NCBI GenBank assembly: GCA_951406725.2
Contig: OX597822.1
Location: 10,478,001-10,542,000 of the forward strand
Length of the DNA stretch: 64,000 nucleotides
Source: Octopus vulgaris
Lineage: Eukaryota
Reading direction: 5' to 3'
The translations under genes and the position numbers were made by a program. Shown here piece after piece: positions 13,640 through 26,489 of the stretch. How positions within the stretch are numbered: position 1 is the stretch's first letter; each line of letters begins with the position of its first letter. Below the pieces are notes generated by a model, which was given only the letters and a program-made list of their open reading frames with translations, was not told the origin of the DNA and ran no database searches.

Positions 13640-13830
13640 TATTTATTTTTATATAAGGCGACGAGTTGGCAGAAACGTTAACACGTCGGGGGAAATGCAT
13701 AACGGCATTTCCTCCATCTTTATGTTCTTGGTTTAAATTCGGCCGGGCTCATCTTTGCCTATCATCGCTTCGGGGTCAGCAGAATAAGTATCAGTTGGAC
13801 ACTGGTGTAATAGACTTACCGCTCTCGGAA
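13640..13830 (+). mobile_element. SINE family A, diverged copy
   Basis: GGCGACGAGTTGGCAGAAACGTTAACACG head plus a degenerate body. Confidence 0.7.
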
Positions 13831-13882
13831 GTATTTTGAAAATTTGAAAATCATGATTTTATATCTTTATGTACATTTATAT

Positions 13883-14551
13883 CGGTGTTTCCCAACGTGG
13901 GGCATATGCCCCACAGGTGGGGCGTGAGAAAATTGGAGTGGGGCATGCGTTAGCGTTAGCTGTGAAAATTTCTGCAAGCAACTTGAGTACACACTTGTCG
14001 ATCCTAAGCCTATTTTTGGACATTGAAATGGAAAAAGAAACATCGCCATGCGATATCTATACTTAAATCATGGGAATCGATGTAGCTACGACCAATCAGG
14101 ATACTGATTAAGGTATCTGCATTTGTTAGGCGTTTGTTTCTCTGTTTCAATATCAATTGTTTAAGAGAACTATTAATTCATTTTCCTTAGTCTTATTTGG
14201 TCGAATGCGGATATAGTGCAGTTGACGATTTACTGGAAGCCATGAGAAACCGGCTTGAAATCTACAAAATATGATGATTTACAGCTGAAGTTAACGAAAT
14301 TGTCTCCTCAAATCAAGGATCTGTGCCGTATGAACCAGGCACAGGGTTCTCACTAAATGAGTTAAGGTATCCGTCAGCCAGATAATTGAATTAAAAATCG
14401 TGTTACCTCTATTAAAAAAAAATGTTGATGGGAACCAAATTTTTTGTTAATAAAAAGCGAGACATTGAAAAATCTGTTATTAAAAAGTGGGGCACCGGAA
14501 AATTTGTTATTATAAAAGTGGGGCACCGGAAAAAATGGTTGGAAAACACTG
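13883..14551 (+). mobile_element. Non-autonomous hAT (Charlie/Buster-type) DNA transposon deletion derivative
   Basis: TIRs CGGTGTTTCCCAAC (13883) and GTTGGAAAACACTG (14538-14551). 8-bp TSD-like ATTTATAT/ATTTCGAT. Repeated GTGGGGC subterminal motifs. Confidence 0.85.
14170..14356 (+). pseudogene. hAT transposase C-terminal dimerisation-domain remnant
   Basis: LLIHFP*SYLVECGYSAVDDLLEAMRNRLEI, frameshift, then DDLQLKLTKLSPQIKDLCRMNQAQGSH*. Matches the typical FPSSYLVExGFS..RNRL..QAQxSH terminus. Confidence 0.85.
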
Positions 14552-14879
14552 ATTTCGATCCATTGTTCCAAACCAGAATGATAAACAGTATTATTTCCTT
14601 TCTTTATTGTTGTTTATCGCGAAGCCAACAATGACTGGACAAAGAAATGATCCAAAGTATACAATTTGTGACCATCCCGTTTTGGATTTACTTTTTCTCT
14701 TCCCTTTTTCTTTTTCTTTGGTGGGAGTGGGACGAGATATCTAGATCTATACTATTTAAGCTGCCACTTAATTTTGTTTAGAATAGTATTGTAATTTCAA
14801 GAAATTTTCGCTGTTATATTTAGCAGGTTGAGCAGCCACATAAAGTTCTCTCGATGGCTCAACAAAACTAAGGTTTCTT

Positions 14880-15238
14880 TCCGTTGTTGTCTTCTTTTTC
14901 TTCCAATCAGGACTCACGTAAACGGTGGCTTTTTAACGGGTGGAGAGCTGAACCGTCCTGGGGTACAGAGGATTTGCAATCTAGACTAGGGTTTGAAAGT
15001 TTTACCACACCATAGTGGGTTACACCATGGTTCCTCTGCTTTGTGGCAGAAGTAGGAAGAAAGAGTGAAAGTTGTGGTGAAAGAGTACAGTAGCGTTCAC
15101 CCCGACCCCCCGCCGGAGGCTAAGGAGCTTAGGGGTTTTTTACTCAATAAACACTCATAATGCCCGGTCTGGGAATTGAAATCGCGTTCTTACGACCGCG
15201 AGTCCGCTGCCCTAACCACTGGGCCATTGCGCCTCCAC
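14880..15238 (-). mobile_element. SINE family C (tRNA-derived), tail variant 1
   Basis: Minus strand GTGGAGGCGCAATGGCCCAGTGGTTAGGGCAGCGGACTCGCGG...GATTTCAATTCCC. Body shared with 56441-56610. Confidence 0.8.
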
Positions 15239-15516
15239 TTGTTGCTGTTGTCGCTACTGCTATATTTGTTATTTTATGACATTAACAGGGTCAGTCTGGC
15301 AAATGTTAACCCCTGTGGTAAGAAGTCTGTTAGCTTTGGTGTCGAAGTATTTTAATGTCACACGATCTGATTTCTGCTTGATTCTAAAGTGTTATGCCTA
15401 CGTTGTGCCTACGCTGGGAGGTGTGTAGGGAAAGTTGGTATCGTTGATTATAACTTGATCACGTGATGAACTGTAACACGTGATCCTCATTAAATTTTAA
15501 TGTTAATGTATAGCAA

Positions 15517-15578
<62 letters not shown>
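15517..15578. repeat. (AAT)n microsatellite
   Basis: Direct reading. Confidence 0.97.
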
Positions 15579-15580
<2 letters not shown>

Positions 15581-15832
15581 GTCGGCCATTTCTTTTTCTC
15601 TTTTAATTTTTTAAGGTTCGTTAAACACCGCCATTAATGCCATCGACTTTACCACTACCGATAACAACGAACGCCAACGCCACCTACACTAACCACCACT
15701 ACCAGCACAACTACATGTGCTACTACAACAACTACTGCTACTGTTGTTGTTACTGCTGCTGTGAATACTCCTACCGCTGTTGCCGCTGCTGATAATACTT
15801 CCACCGCTACCCACATGCCGTTTCCTATTACA

Positions 15833-15863
15833 GACTACTACTACTACTACCACCACCACCACC

Positions 15864-15927
<64 letters not shown>

Positions 15928-15929
15928 GC
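15833..15929. repeat. (ACT)n/(ACC)n compound microsatellite
   Basis: Direct reading. Confidence 0.95.
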
Positions 15930-17279
15930 AAAGCAATTAAAATAACTGTTAATCAAAAGTCTGTTAGTTGTGTGAATAAATAACCAATGGCCCACTTAAA
16001 CATTTAAATAGCGATTAAGAATATATTGTAAGGAAAACTGAAACCTTTCACGTTGATGGAACCAAAACAGGAAATATATATACAGCTTGTATAATTAATT
16101 TTCTCTCTTTCTCTTCCTTTCCCCTTTCTTCCTTTCTTTTTCTTTTCTCTTATTAATCCCAAGAATCGGGAACCAAGGAACTTCCGATAGTTTCCAATAT
16201 GTGCAGTTAAACTAACGGTAATAGATAACTATAGCGTTATTGTTGTTGTTGTTGTTCGGTGACCCTCGATCAGTTATAATCTAGCAAGGCTAGGATCAAA
16301 GTTTTTCCAGATTTGGTCGACTCGTCTTTATATATTCATTTATTGAAACCACACATTCGTACACATACGCAAAAACATACACACATATGCACGCACCTAC
16401 AAGCACATATGTACACGCTTATTAATATTTGTATACAGTAGCGTATGGTGTGCTGCCACACCCATTGCCACCAAATTTCAAACAGGGGTATACCAAAAGT
16501 TTTCCATTAAGATTTGTGATTAAATTAATGAGTATGGTTAATATTTATAATGAATTTGTTATTTGAACGTCTAATGAATATACGTTCCTGCTTGTATATG
16601 TTAATACGTGAAACGCCACATATACCACCGGTAGTTTATCACAAGATTAATTGAATTATGTTAATTAATGTTTTATTATATATTCCCTAAGCATAAACAA
16701 CATCATACCTAAGAATTTTTATACACATTCAGTTTATCCGAGATCATTTATACTTGTGTAAACTACATTGTATGAGTCCAAGTGGGAACCTGTGATTGCT
16801 CAGATTAATTAAACTGACTTAATGAAGGTTTTGTAGCATATTTAACAAACACAATAAAAGGTACGGTGCTTTATGCTTGCAAAAATATACCATTAAACGG
16901 AAATGAACTCAGATTAATTAATATAAGTAGTTGATTATATTGAATGAAGTTCTATCAGTAAAATTCACGTCTGTTTTGTCGCGGATGTAAAAGAAGTGCA
17001 AACGTATATATTGAGTATCGTATTAACGTTTATACACGCCACCACATACACACACGTTTTCTGATTTCAGAATCAGGTTAGAAATTTTGAGGGCAAGAGG
17101 TTGTCTTGTACTTGACTGGTATTTTACTTTATTCACTTCACAGAAATGGAAGACAATGTTAACCTCTGCGGAATTAAAACTCAAACGTAATGATCCTAAA
17201 CAAACTCCGCAAAGCATGTTTTCTGACGTTCTAACATTTCTAACAATTCTGCTAGCTCGTCTCCGCGCTGCTGAGACCT

Positions 17280-17535
17280 GCATCGGTCATGACTGACCAT
17301 GAGATTGCACCTAGAAAGTTGCCCTCCCAGGTACAAGTCCGGGCAAAGTTGTTTATAGAAGACCAGCAGTTGTCCACGCATACCGGCATCCCCTCTCCAC
17401 GCCAATAGTGTTATCCAAGGAAAAGGCAAAGGGGCCGATACAGCTTTGCACATGTGACATCGTAATGCATTTCTACAGCTGAGTGAACTGGAGCAACGTG
17501 AAATTAAGTGTCTTGCTCAAGAACACAATACGCTG
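17280..17535 (-). mobile_element. SINE family D body with probable LINE-derived (RTE-like) tail
   Basis: Minus strand TTGTGTTCTTGAGCAAGACACTTAATTTCACGTTGCTCCAGTTCACTCAGCTG, related to 5520-5580 and 62580-62645. The tail assignment is inference. Confidence 0.6.
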
Positions 17536-17800
17536 AATTAGTTTGGAGAATGCTGCCAGGACGTGAACTTCGTTAAAATACACTGAGAGTTTGATACGAT
17601 GAAATTTGAAGGATATTTTACTATTATTTCTAGTTGATCAACCGTTTCATTGATAAATCCATAATAAATATTTCTCATTGTTTCAGTTATAATGGGATCT
17701 GATCAAGATCACCATGATCAAAAGACAATGCCACCTGTTATCCTCCTGTGTTTAATAAGCATGGTGTGATTTGAGAAACATTTGGCTGTTATCTCTAACC

Positions 17801-18028
17801 TATTTCTTTATTACCCACAAGGGGCTAAACATAGAGGGGACAAACAAGGACTGACATAGGTATTAAGTCGATTACATAAACCCCAGTGGGTGACTGGTAC
17901 TTAATTTATCGACCCCGAAAGGATGAAAGGCAATTTCGACCTCGGCGGAATTTGAACTCAGAACGCAACGGCAGACGAAATACGGCTAAGCATTTCGCCC
18001 GGTGTGCTAACGTTTCTGCCAGCTCACC
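17801..18028 (-). mobile_element. SINE family A, tail type 1, full length
   Basis: High similarity to 26490-26722 and 43574-43803. Confidence 0.92.
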
Positions 18029-18312
18029 ACTTTTTATCTCTAACCGCGTAATGAAACCCCAAATGACTTCTTCGGTGTAAAACCAAAGCATGGCGATGTT
18101 AGTAGGATAGAAAAGCTTATCGTACCAGTAATTCTCTGGAAAAAAGATTTTGCCGCATAATACGCCATAGTATACCAAATATCATGTTGTACATAGTATT
18201 CTTCATTTTCATTTTAAGACGGTGATGTATTAAATAGGCTGGTTTGCCAGCTGTGTCTATGTTCTTCGAGCGTCAGGTCCGTGAGTTTACACGCAAAATG
18301 GCCGAATGAATA

Positions 18313-18562
18313 ATGGTTTCAAATTTTGGCACAAGGCCAGCAATTTGTGGGACATGCTAAGTCGATTATATCGACTCCAGTACTCAATACGACCCCAGTA
18401 CTCAACTCGGCCCCGGTAGTCAACTCGACCCCAATACTTAACTCGACCACGAAAGGATGAAAGGTAAAGTCGACTTGGGCGGAATTTGAACTCACAACGT
18501 GAAGACGGAGGACATTCCGCTAAGCACTTTGCCCGTCGTGCTAACGATTCTGCCAGCTCGCC
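18313..18562 (-). mobile_element. SINE family A, tail type 2, with internal ~18-bp tandem expansion
   Basis: Tail GCTGGCCTTGTGCCAAAATTTGAAACC. TCGACCCCAGTACTCAAC-like unit about 4x at 18371-18447. Confidence 0.85.
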
Positions 18563-20053
18563 GTGATTAAAATATCATGGAAGGACATGCTTTTCGATGT
18601 GGGTTCAAATCCTCCTCAGGTGATCCATAGGGCTTTTAGATCAAATCTTTTATTCTACTTTGCTTTATTCATTGGACCTAGCTACATGGAAGCTGTAGGA
18701 CCATATGGTTGTGCTAGAAAAGAAGGAGAGAGAAGAGCAGGCAAAAAAAAGGGAGACAGAAAGAGAAGTTGCGACGGAGAGGGAGAGGATGAGGGGGGGA
18801 AGAGAGGTAGAGAAAGAGTAGGAGAGATTGAGTAAGAAAGAACGAAAGAGAAAGAGAAGAAAGGAAGGCCCGGGTGAAAAAGAGAGACTCTAGTACCCTA
18901 TCCGAGGTGAGATTTATTTCTCATCGGTTTCATGCCATGAGAAGGATTCTATAGACTGCCGCTCCTTTGAATGCCCGTCACCAATGACGTTGAGTTTTGC
19001 ATTTAGAATATTTTCTTCTATTCGGGGCACAAGGCCAGATTTTCATTTAGAATGTTATACGATAACACCAACGGCGTAAATGTAGCAAGAATTTAAACAA
19101 AAAACCCAAAATTCTGAATTAGTAAAAGATATAAAACACACACGCATACGTAAACGCATACACCCCACCACACACACACACACACACACACACACCCAAA
19201 CACATGTACACCGTGTGCACACACTCAAGCACTCCTTTCTCTTCTGTTTTTCTCTCTCTCTCTCTCTCTTACTCTGCTATCTTAATTTCACTCTCCCTTT
19301 GCTTCTGCTCTCCTATCATGCTACCCTAAATCTCTATCACCCTCCTCTCTCTCTCTCTCTCATTCTTTCTTTTTTCTCTCTCACTCTCTCTCTCACTCTC
19401 TCTTTCTCTCGGTCTATTCGTCTTCTTCGCTTTCCTCTCCAAAACCTTCGTACAGCTATCCCACTCTTTCCTCTGTCTCGCTCTTGACACACACACACAC
19501 ACACACGCACACACACACACACACACACAAACAAACACTGGCACACATATATCCAAATGTATGTATATATATATATATATACCTAAACATATACATACAT
19601 GCACATATACACACATACACATACATGGGCATACAGGCAAAAATATGTATACATACATACGCACACACACGTATACGCTTTTGTTTAGTATTTGGTTCGT
19701 TTTAATGCTGCAGTTGTTGTTGCTGTTTATCTTGTGGACGTTACTTAGTCACAGACAGGTGTTTCTACAAAGTTAAACACACACCTCGATAACAGCTGCT
19801 TTCTCTACTGAAACCTATCATACAACATATCAACATTAGACTTCTACTTCTTTCATGGTTAGTGTCCTTGTAATGTCACCTCTACAGTAACCCCTGAGGC
19901 AAATGAAAGAAACTTTAGTATTATTATTATTATAACTAAAGATAAGTGGCTTGGAAGAATCGGTAGCGACGGACAAATGTTTTTGTGAACACAAGAGCCA
20001 TGCATATACAAAAATATATGCGTGTGTCTCTTTATTACACTCTCCCTTCCTCG

Positions 20054-20110
<57 letters not shown>

Positions 20111-20188
20111 GGTCCCGGGTTGAGTCGGGGTTAACCACAGTAAATAAGGTACTCAATATATAGCAGAGTAAATTAATTTATTTTATAG

Positions 20189-20294
20189 AAGGAGCTTCTA
20201 CAGGACTAGAACTGTTTCATTCAAATGTAATCACCAGGATGCTTCCTGATGATTTCATTTGAATGAAACAGTTCTAGTCCTGTAGAAGCTCCTT
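20189..20294. repeat. Near-perfect 106-bp palindrome: head-to-head pair of hammerhead units (family H4)
   Basis: Arms 20189-20241 and 20242-20294 with 3 mismatched pairs and essentially no spacer. Confidence 0.95.
20241..20289 (+). ncRNA. Type I hammerhead ribozyme motif (family H4)
   Basis: GCTTC-CTGATGA-TTTC-ATTT-GAAT-GAAAC-AG-TTCTAGTC-CT-GT-A-GAAGC. Intact core, stem I 5 bp, stem III 4 bp, predicted cleavage after A20284. Confidence 0.78.
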
Positions 20295-20307
20295 TTTCTA
20301 GCAAAAA

Positions 20308-20345
20308 CTGTCTGATGAACGGCAACGAGAAACTCAGAGTAACAG
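20308..20345 (+). ncRNA. Minimal type I hammerhead ribozyme motif (family H5)
   Basis: CTGT-CTGATGA-A-CG-GCAA-CG-A-GAAAC-TCAGA-GT-A-ACAG. Stem I CTGT/ACAG, GNRA-capped stem II, quasi-palindromic ACTC-A-GAGT stem III. Confidence 0.75.
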
Positions 20346-20377
20346 ATTTTGTTGAATTTTCTGCTGCTTAAAATAAA

Positions 20378-20417
<40 letters not shown>

Positions 20418-20419
<2 letters not shown>

Positions 20420-20540
20420 GTCGAATTTCTTTCAGTCTCCGTGTACCAAATCCAGTCATATGACTTTCATCGGCCCGAGTTCCATGCAGTAAGACTGAAA
20501 CCAGAACCATGTGGTTGAAATTCAAGCTTCTTACCACTCA
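20418..20540 (-). mobile_element. SINE family B head fragment
   Basis: Similar to 7000-7145 with an internal deletion. Confidence 0.7.
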
Positions 20541-20778
20541 AACACGCTTGCATATATGTATATGGACATATTCACACATAAATACATACATACATACATA
20601 CATGCATACATACATACATACATGCATACATACATATGTATATACGTATGAATATAGATCATTTTGTATTAAACTCAAAGCTAAGAGATTGCCGCATCCT
20701 CTATATCATCTATTGAGTAGGCCTTTCTCATTCAACGACATTAAACAATGCACATGCACACACACACACACACACACG

Positions 20779-20815
<37 letters not shown>

Positions 20816-21861
20816 ATGGCCAATAACTGTACATTCACCATACCCGTATTCACAGACTTTGTGTTTCTTGTTTTTACATCATTTTTTTCTTAAGATAGGC
20901 AGATGTCCATATATGCCTATTTCTACTTTCCATCTGAACCGATGTTTAACCAGGGCAAAGGCCGCTGACCTAATCTGACACAGCTCGGCACCAGTGCCGT
21001 CATAGTTGTTACTTTCAGAAGGCACTGAATACCTATGATTCTGCAATGCATGTCATCTGATCTTCAAACTGTTCTTGAATTGATACTGTTTTTCAATCGA
21101 ACCTGAAATGATGAAATTCGAACACAGACCGCAGAGTGTCGGAACCAACTCTACGACGCAGTCTATTTAACTTTCTAGTGACTAATTCACCGCCTTACAA
21201 AAGCTCTGTGTTTCCAAATACACTAATTATAGAAAGACAGAACTCTTTAGCTTAGGTAGACATGACACGTGTATGTGCTAAATTATGGATGGTACGGTAG
21301 AGCACTTTGACTGGGTAAGTCCAGTGTTTTCTTGAGATCAAGTTTTATTTTGTGGAGGGCAGTATGTCACTGACTTCAAACTTCGTACTAGCCGTCATGT
21401 TTCTTACTTGCAATTCATAGAGGTCCAGTATTTTGTTCTCTCAGGAATACTCAACCACCACCACCAACACTACCACATGATTAATAACTCTGGGCCAACA
21501 AGCAATATTCTACAAGCCATTCGACTAGCGACAAATAACAGGAAATCTCTCCCAAGATGACACGTGGTTTAGTGAAGCAGGGAAACGAGTTAACACCACC
21601 TTCTGATTTAAGGGTGTATTTAGCAAAGTACATTTTGTTGCAGCCACTCCGACCAAGTATCCAGTCAGGGGATATCTTCCTCACTTTCTCTGATCAATAT
21701 CGGAAGTCTAGAAAAGAGCAACGAGGACAAGCGTTTCCCCCCACTAAGCATTTATTGAAATATAAACTACTAAGAACTAAGGAAAACACTATATCGTATA
21801 GTCCTCGATATATTGTGTCTGAAAACATGTAATTTGGTCACGGCTTGGACAGCTTCGATGA

Positions 21862-22323
<462 letters not shown>

Positions 22324-22939
22324 TGTGACTATTTGATTGGAACTGAGGCAAAAAGAACAAAAACACGCACAGAATTCACAGTAATTTACAAGTTTGCTTT
22401 CTATTCATTTACTGGCTGCAGTATAACCGGAAGTAGAAACTGTACATCACTTCCTTTACGCAATACAACGAGCCATCTTACACCAGCATTAGTCGTAATT
22501 ATTTCATCTAAACCCGGCAATCAATCCACAGTCACATGCAAGCAAACTCCAGACCAGATTAATTACAAATCGAGGTTTACTCTAAGGACATCAGTCAGAA
22601 AGATCTTCAATTGGAGCCAGAATAATCACTTATATTACTATAAGATACAGTAGCAGGAAATTTACTCTTATGAAGCAAGTCATGTTTCTTTATCTACCCC
22701 CACTTTCATCACTACCCTCTAGCCGGCGTTCCCCTTTGAAAGCTAAGTTCTCGAACGGTGATAAAGAGAAGAAAGCTTTGAAGTGTCTGTTGTTGGACGG
22801 CATTGCTGTTGTCTAATCTCCCCTCTTTATTTTCTCTTATTTACATATTGTCTTCTTTCTCTCTTGATCTTCTGATGTTCACTATATATTCATTCATTCA
22901 TCTGTGCGTGTGTGCATGTTCATGAATATATATATATTC

Positions 22940-22970
<31 letters not shown>

Positions 22971-23732
22971 TAAATATATATATATATATGAATATATATA
23001 TGTATATGTATGTATATATGCATATATATATATACACATATGTAAAAATATTTTTACGTATATATTACGCATATATATGCGTGTGTATGCATGTATGTAT
23101 ATACATACACCATATCATATACGTGCGTGCATTTTTATGGATATATATATATATATACATGTGTATGTTTTATATATGTATACGTTCATACATATGTATA
23201 TCAACATATGTATATAAATGCATTTCTTTGTATAAATTACATATATATGCGAGTGTATGCATGTATGTATATACATACTCCATATCATCTACACCTATGC
23301 AAATATTGCAAGAATTATTCATATACCAGCATATAATGTCCAGTCAGCGGTTCTCAAATCACAAGACCCTACAATTACCCTGAAACCACGAACATTCTCC
23401 GCCACCCTTTTCCCCTTCCTCTCTCTTTTACACACACAAAGATACAAACTTATCCTCTGTGGTCCTGGAAAGTCTCTCTATGGTTTTGGTCGCAACTACT
23501 AAGTAGCATCAATTATGCTACTTCGCACTGAAGTATACACACGCACGCACATCAGCCATTAAACCTAATTAGCGCAAAACGATAGAAATCAGTCCAAAGG
23601 TAGAACTATGTGGCTGTCTAGGGTTGAACTCTTCGACACTGGCCTGCCATTGCTATTGAATCCTGTCAATGATTACTAGATGTGTGGTGATGTAAATTGG
23701 TGTGTGTGGTCCAGAAACACAAAGGCATATTA

Positions 23733-24190
23733 GTTCCAAATTTTGGCACAAGGCTTGCAATTTCGGGTCGGGGATGAGTCGATTACATTGACACCAGCGC
23801 TCGACTGTTACATATTTTATCGATCCCGAAAGATGGAAAGCAAAGTCGACTTCGGTGGAATTTGAACTCAGGACGTAAAGACGGACGAAATACTGCTAAG
23901 CATTTCTCTCTGTTTCATAACCTTTGTACCAGCTTGCCCCCTTAAACACGCACACACACAAACACACAGACAAACACAAAATGATTTCAAATTTTGGCGC
24001 AAGGCTAGCAATTTTGCGAAGGGCACAAGTCGATTACGTCGGTCCCAATGCTCAACTGCTACTTATTTTATCGACCCCGAGCAGATAAAAGGCAAAAATC
24101 GACCTCCGCAGAATTTGAACTCAGAAAGTAAAGACGGCCGAAATGCCACTGACCATTTTGCCCTGCTTACCAACGGTTCTGTCAGCTCTC
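23733..24190 (-). mobile_element. Two tandem SINE family A copies, tail type 2
   Basis: About 23733-23935 and 23983-24190, each with a CAAATTTTGGC(A/G)CAAGGC tail and a GAATTTGAACTCAG B box. Confidence 0.8.
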
Positions 24191-24284
24191 TGCCTTAAAC
24201 AGAGAAATATTAGCAATGAATTGAAACCCATAACCAATGACCAATTTTTTGTTGATTCCATGTTTTTATAGATTACATACATAT

Positions 24285-24517
24285 ACTCTTTTACTCTTTT
24301 ATTTGTTTCAGTCATTTGACTGTGGCCATGCTGGAGCACCGCTTTTAGTCGAAGAAATCGACCCCAGGACTTATTATTTGTAAGTCTAGTACTTATTCTA
24401 TCGGTCTCTTTTACGGGGACGTAAACACACCAGCATCGGTTGTAAAGCGATGTTGGGGGACACATACACATAAGCATAAACATATACGTATACATACATA
24501 CATATATATATAGAGAG

Positions 24518-24566
<49 letters not shown>

Positions 24567-24588
24567 CATACATACATACATACATACA

Positions 24589-24622
<34 letters not shown>

Positions 24623-24786
24623 CGACGGGCTTCTTTCAGTTTCCGTCTACCAAATCCACTCACAAAGCTTTGCTCGACCCGAGGCTACAGAAGAAGACAC
24701 TTGCCCAAGGTGCCACGCAGTGAGACTGATCCCAGAACCATGTGGCTGGTAAGCAAACTACATACCACACAGCCACTCCTGCACCT
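24285..24786 (-). mobile_element. SINE family B with internal (GATA)n(CATA)n
   Basis: Collinear with 6722-7162. Confidence 0.9.
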
Positions 24787-25228
24787 ACATATATTTGCTA
24801 TACTGTGCTTCATCTTTAATCGTATCTACAGATAGTTTCTTGTTATAAGAAATATTTCGTCAGAACATATTTATTGCCTGAATGTGACTGAATAAGCGTA
24901 GTCAAGGGACATGACAGTATGCTAAGAAACGATTAGTAAACTAAAATGGATGATCTGTATCAATGTTTTGCATTAGTCTGCGATATAAATGTATTAAGTA
25001 GTGCACTCGCTCTTCAGACGCGTTCAGTAATTTCTTTAATTTCTAGATATGCTGCTAGAAGAGTACCTGTATTGCTATATTGCATGTGTGTGTGTGTGTT
25101 TCTGTGTGTCTTCGGAGGTGGTGCATACTTGTATGCAAAGAATGATTGAAAGAAGATGATGGAAAAAATAACTCGAGAAGAAGAAAGAAGAAAAGGTAGG
25201 AAAGAAAAAAGAAACGATTAGGATGATG

Positions 25229-25315
<87 letters not shown>

Positions 25316-25333
25316 TAAAACTACTGAATGATG

Positions 25334-25388
<55 letters not shown>

Positions 25389-25408
25389 TGATGATGATGA
25401 TGATGATT

Positions 25409-25688
25409 AGAACAGTAAAGGTCGAGAACAGTGAAGGTCGTGCCTATAATAATTGGTGGTTTGGGAACAGTAAGCCGGGATATAGACAAATGGCTGACGG
25501 AAATTAAAATGGAATGCTGGGTAGAGTTCCTGCAGAAAGTTTGTCTTTTAGGGACAGCAAGGATTATCAAGAAGGTTCTAAGCACTTGAAAGACTGCCGA
25601 ATAAGTGGGGATACCTAAGGCGACAGATAATAAACAGCAACCCACATAAATCCTACCAAGAATAAGACCAAACCTCAGCTTTGTTTCT
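25409..25688 (+). mobile_element. Dong/R4-clade retrotransposon 3' fragment inserted in (TAA)n
   Basis: 25425-25589 encodes RTVKVVPIIIGGLGTVSRDIDKWLTEIKMECWVEFLQKVCLLGTARIIKKVLST*, the typical VVPIIIGxLG...LQKxxLLGTARI end of R4/Dong ORFs. (TAA)n lies on both sides. Confidence 0.88.
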
Positions 25689-25703
25689 ATAATAATAATA
25701 ATG

Positions 25704-25766
<63 letters not shown>

Positions 25767-25814
25767 GTAATAATAATAATAATAATAATAGTAATAATAA
25801 TAATAATAATTAAT

Positions 25815-25998
25815 CCTCAAGGCCTGAAATTTTGGGGGAAGGGAGTAGTCGATTACATCGACCCCAGTGTTTCACTGGTGGTTAATTTATCGACTCCAAA
25901 AAGATGAAAGCCAAAGTCGACCTCAGTGGAATTTGAACTCGAAACGTAAACGACGGGCGAAATACCTCTAAGCATTACGTCCAGCATAATAAAGATTC
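25815..25998 (-). mobile_element. SINE family A, tail type 3
   Basis: AAGGCCTGAAATTTTGGGGG tail and family A body. Confidence 0.78.
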
Positions 25999-26285
25999 TG
26001 TGTTCAGTTGATCAATTAATTAAATCACCAAGTTCATCGAATTAATGTTAAGTGGCTAAGCATTCCGCCACACAGTGTTTACATAGCTGGAAGCTTTCAA
26101 TTACAGATACAAGGGCCTCTATATAGTGTCATCTACCAACCCAACTTCGCTCACATCGGTATGAGTAGAACTAAAGCTAGAGAAAATGACGATTGCCCAT
26201 GACTTCCCAGAGAGGAATTTGAACGGGAACTTATAATTGCCCAGCAAACTAGTTAACTCCTCGTCTTCATTAGAATATATTAATA

Positions 26286-26465
26286 AATTCTTTCTACTAT
26301 TGGCACAATTTTGAGAGATGAGCGCCAGTCGATTACATCGACACCAGTATTTCGTTGGGATTTATTTTACCGGTCCCGAAAAGATTGAAAAGCGAAGTTG
26401 ACCATGCGGCTTTGAACTCAGAACGCAAAGGATCGAAAGAAATGCCCTTAAGCATTTTGTCCGGC
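26286..26465 (-). mobile_element. SINE family A, diverged, tail type 3-like
   Basis: Family A body; TTCTTTCTACTATTGGCACAA tail. Confidence 0.7.
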
Positions 26466-26489
26466 TTTAATTACAGGGTATTGTTGAAT

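Noticed and set aside
15150-15238. tRNA-like sequences at SINE heads (families A-D)
   Set aside because: A and B boxes are present, but there is no complete cloverleaf, and each continues into a repeat body. These are SINEs, not tRNA genes.
16436-17045. Possible hAT-like element with CAGTAGCGTA...TACACGCCAC ends and a repeated CTCAGATTAATTAA
   Set aside because: The right TIR is incomplete and no TSD or transposase remnant was found.
18371-18447. Short regularly repeated units resembling a CRISPR array
   Set aside because: No unique spacers, no cas genes, eukaryotic context; it is a tandem expansion inside a SINE.
21557-21832. 91-aa non-repetitive ORF
   Set aside because: No recognisable motif or splice context, and the length is within chance expectation.
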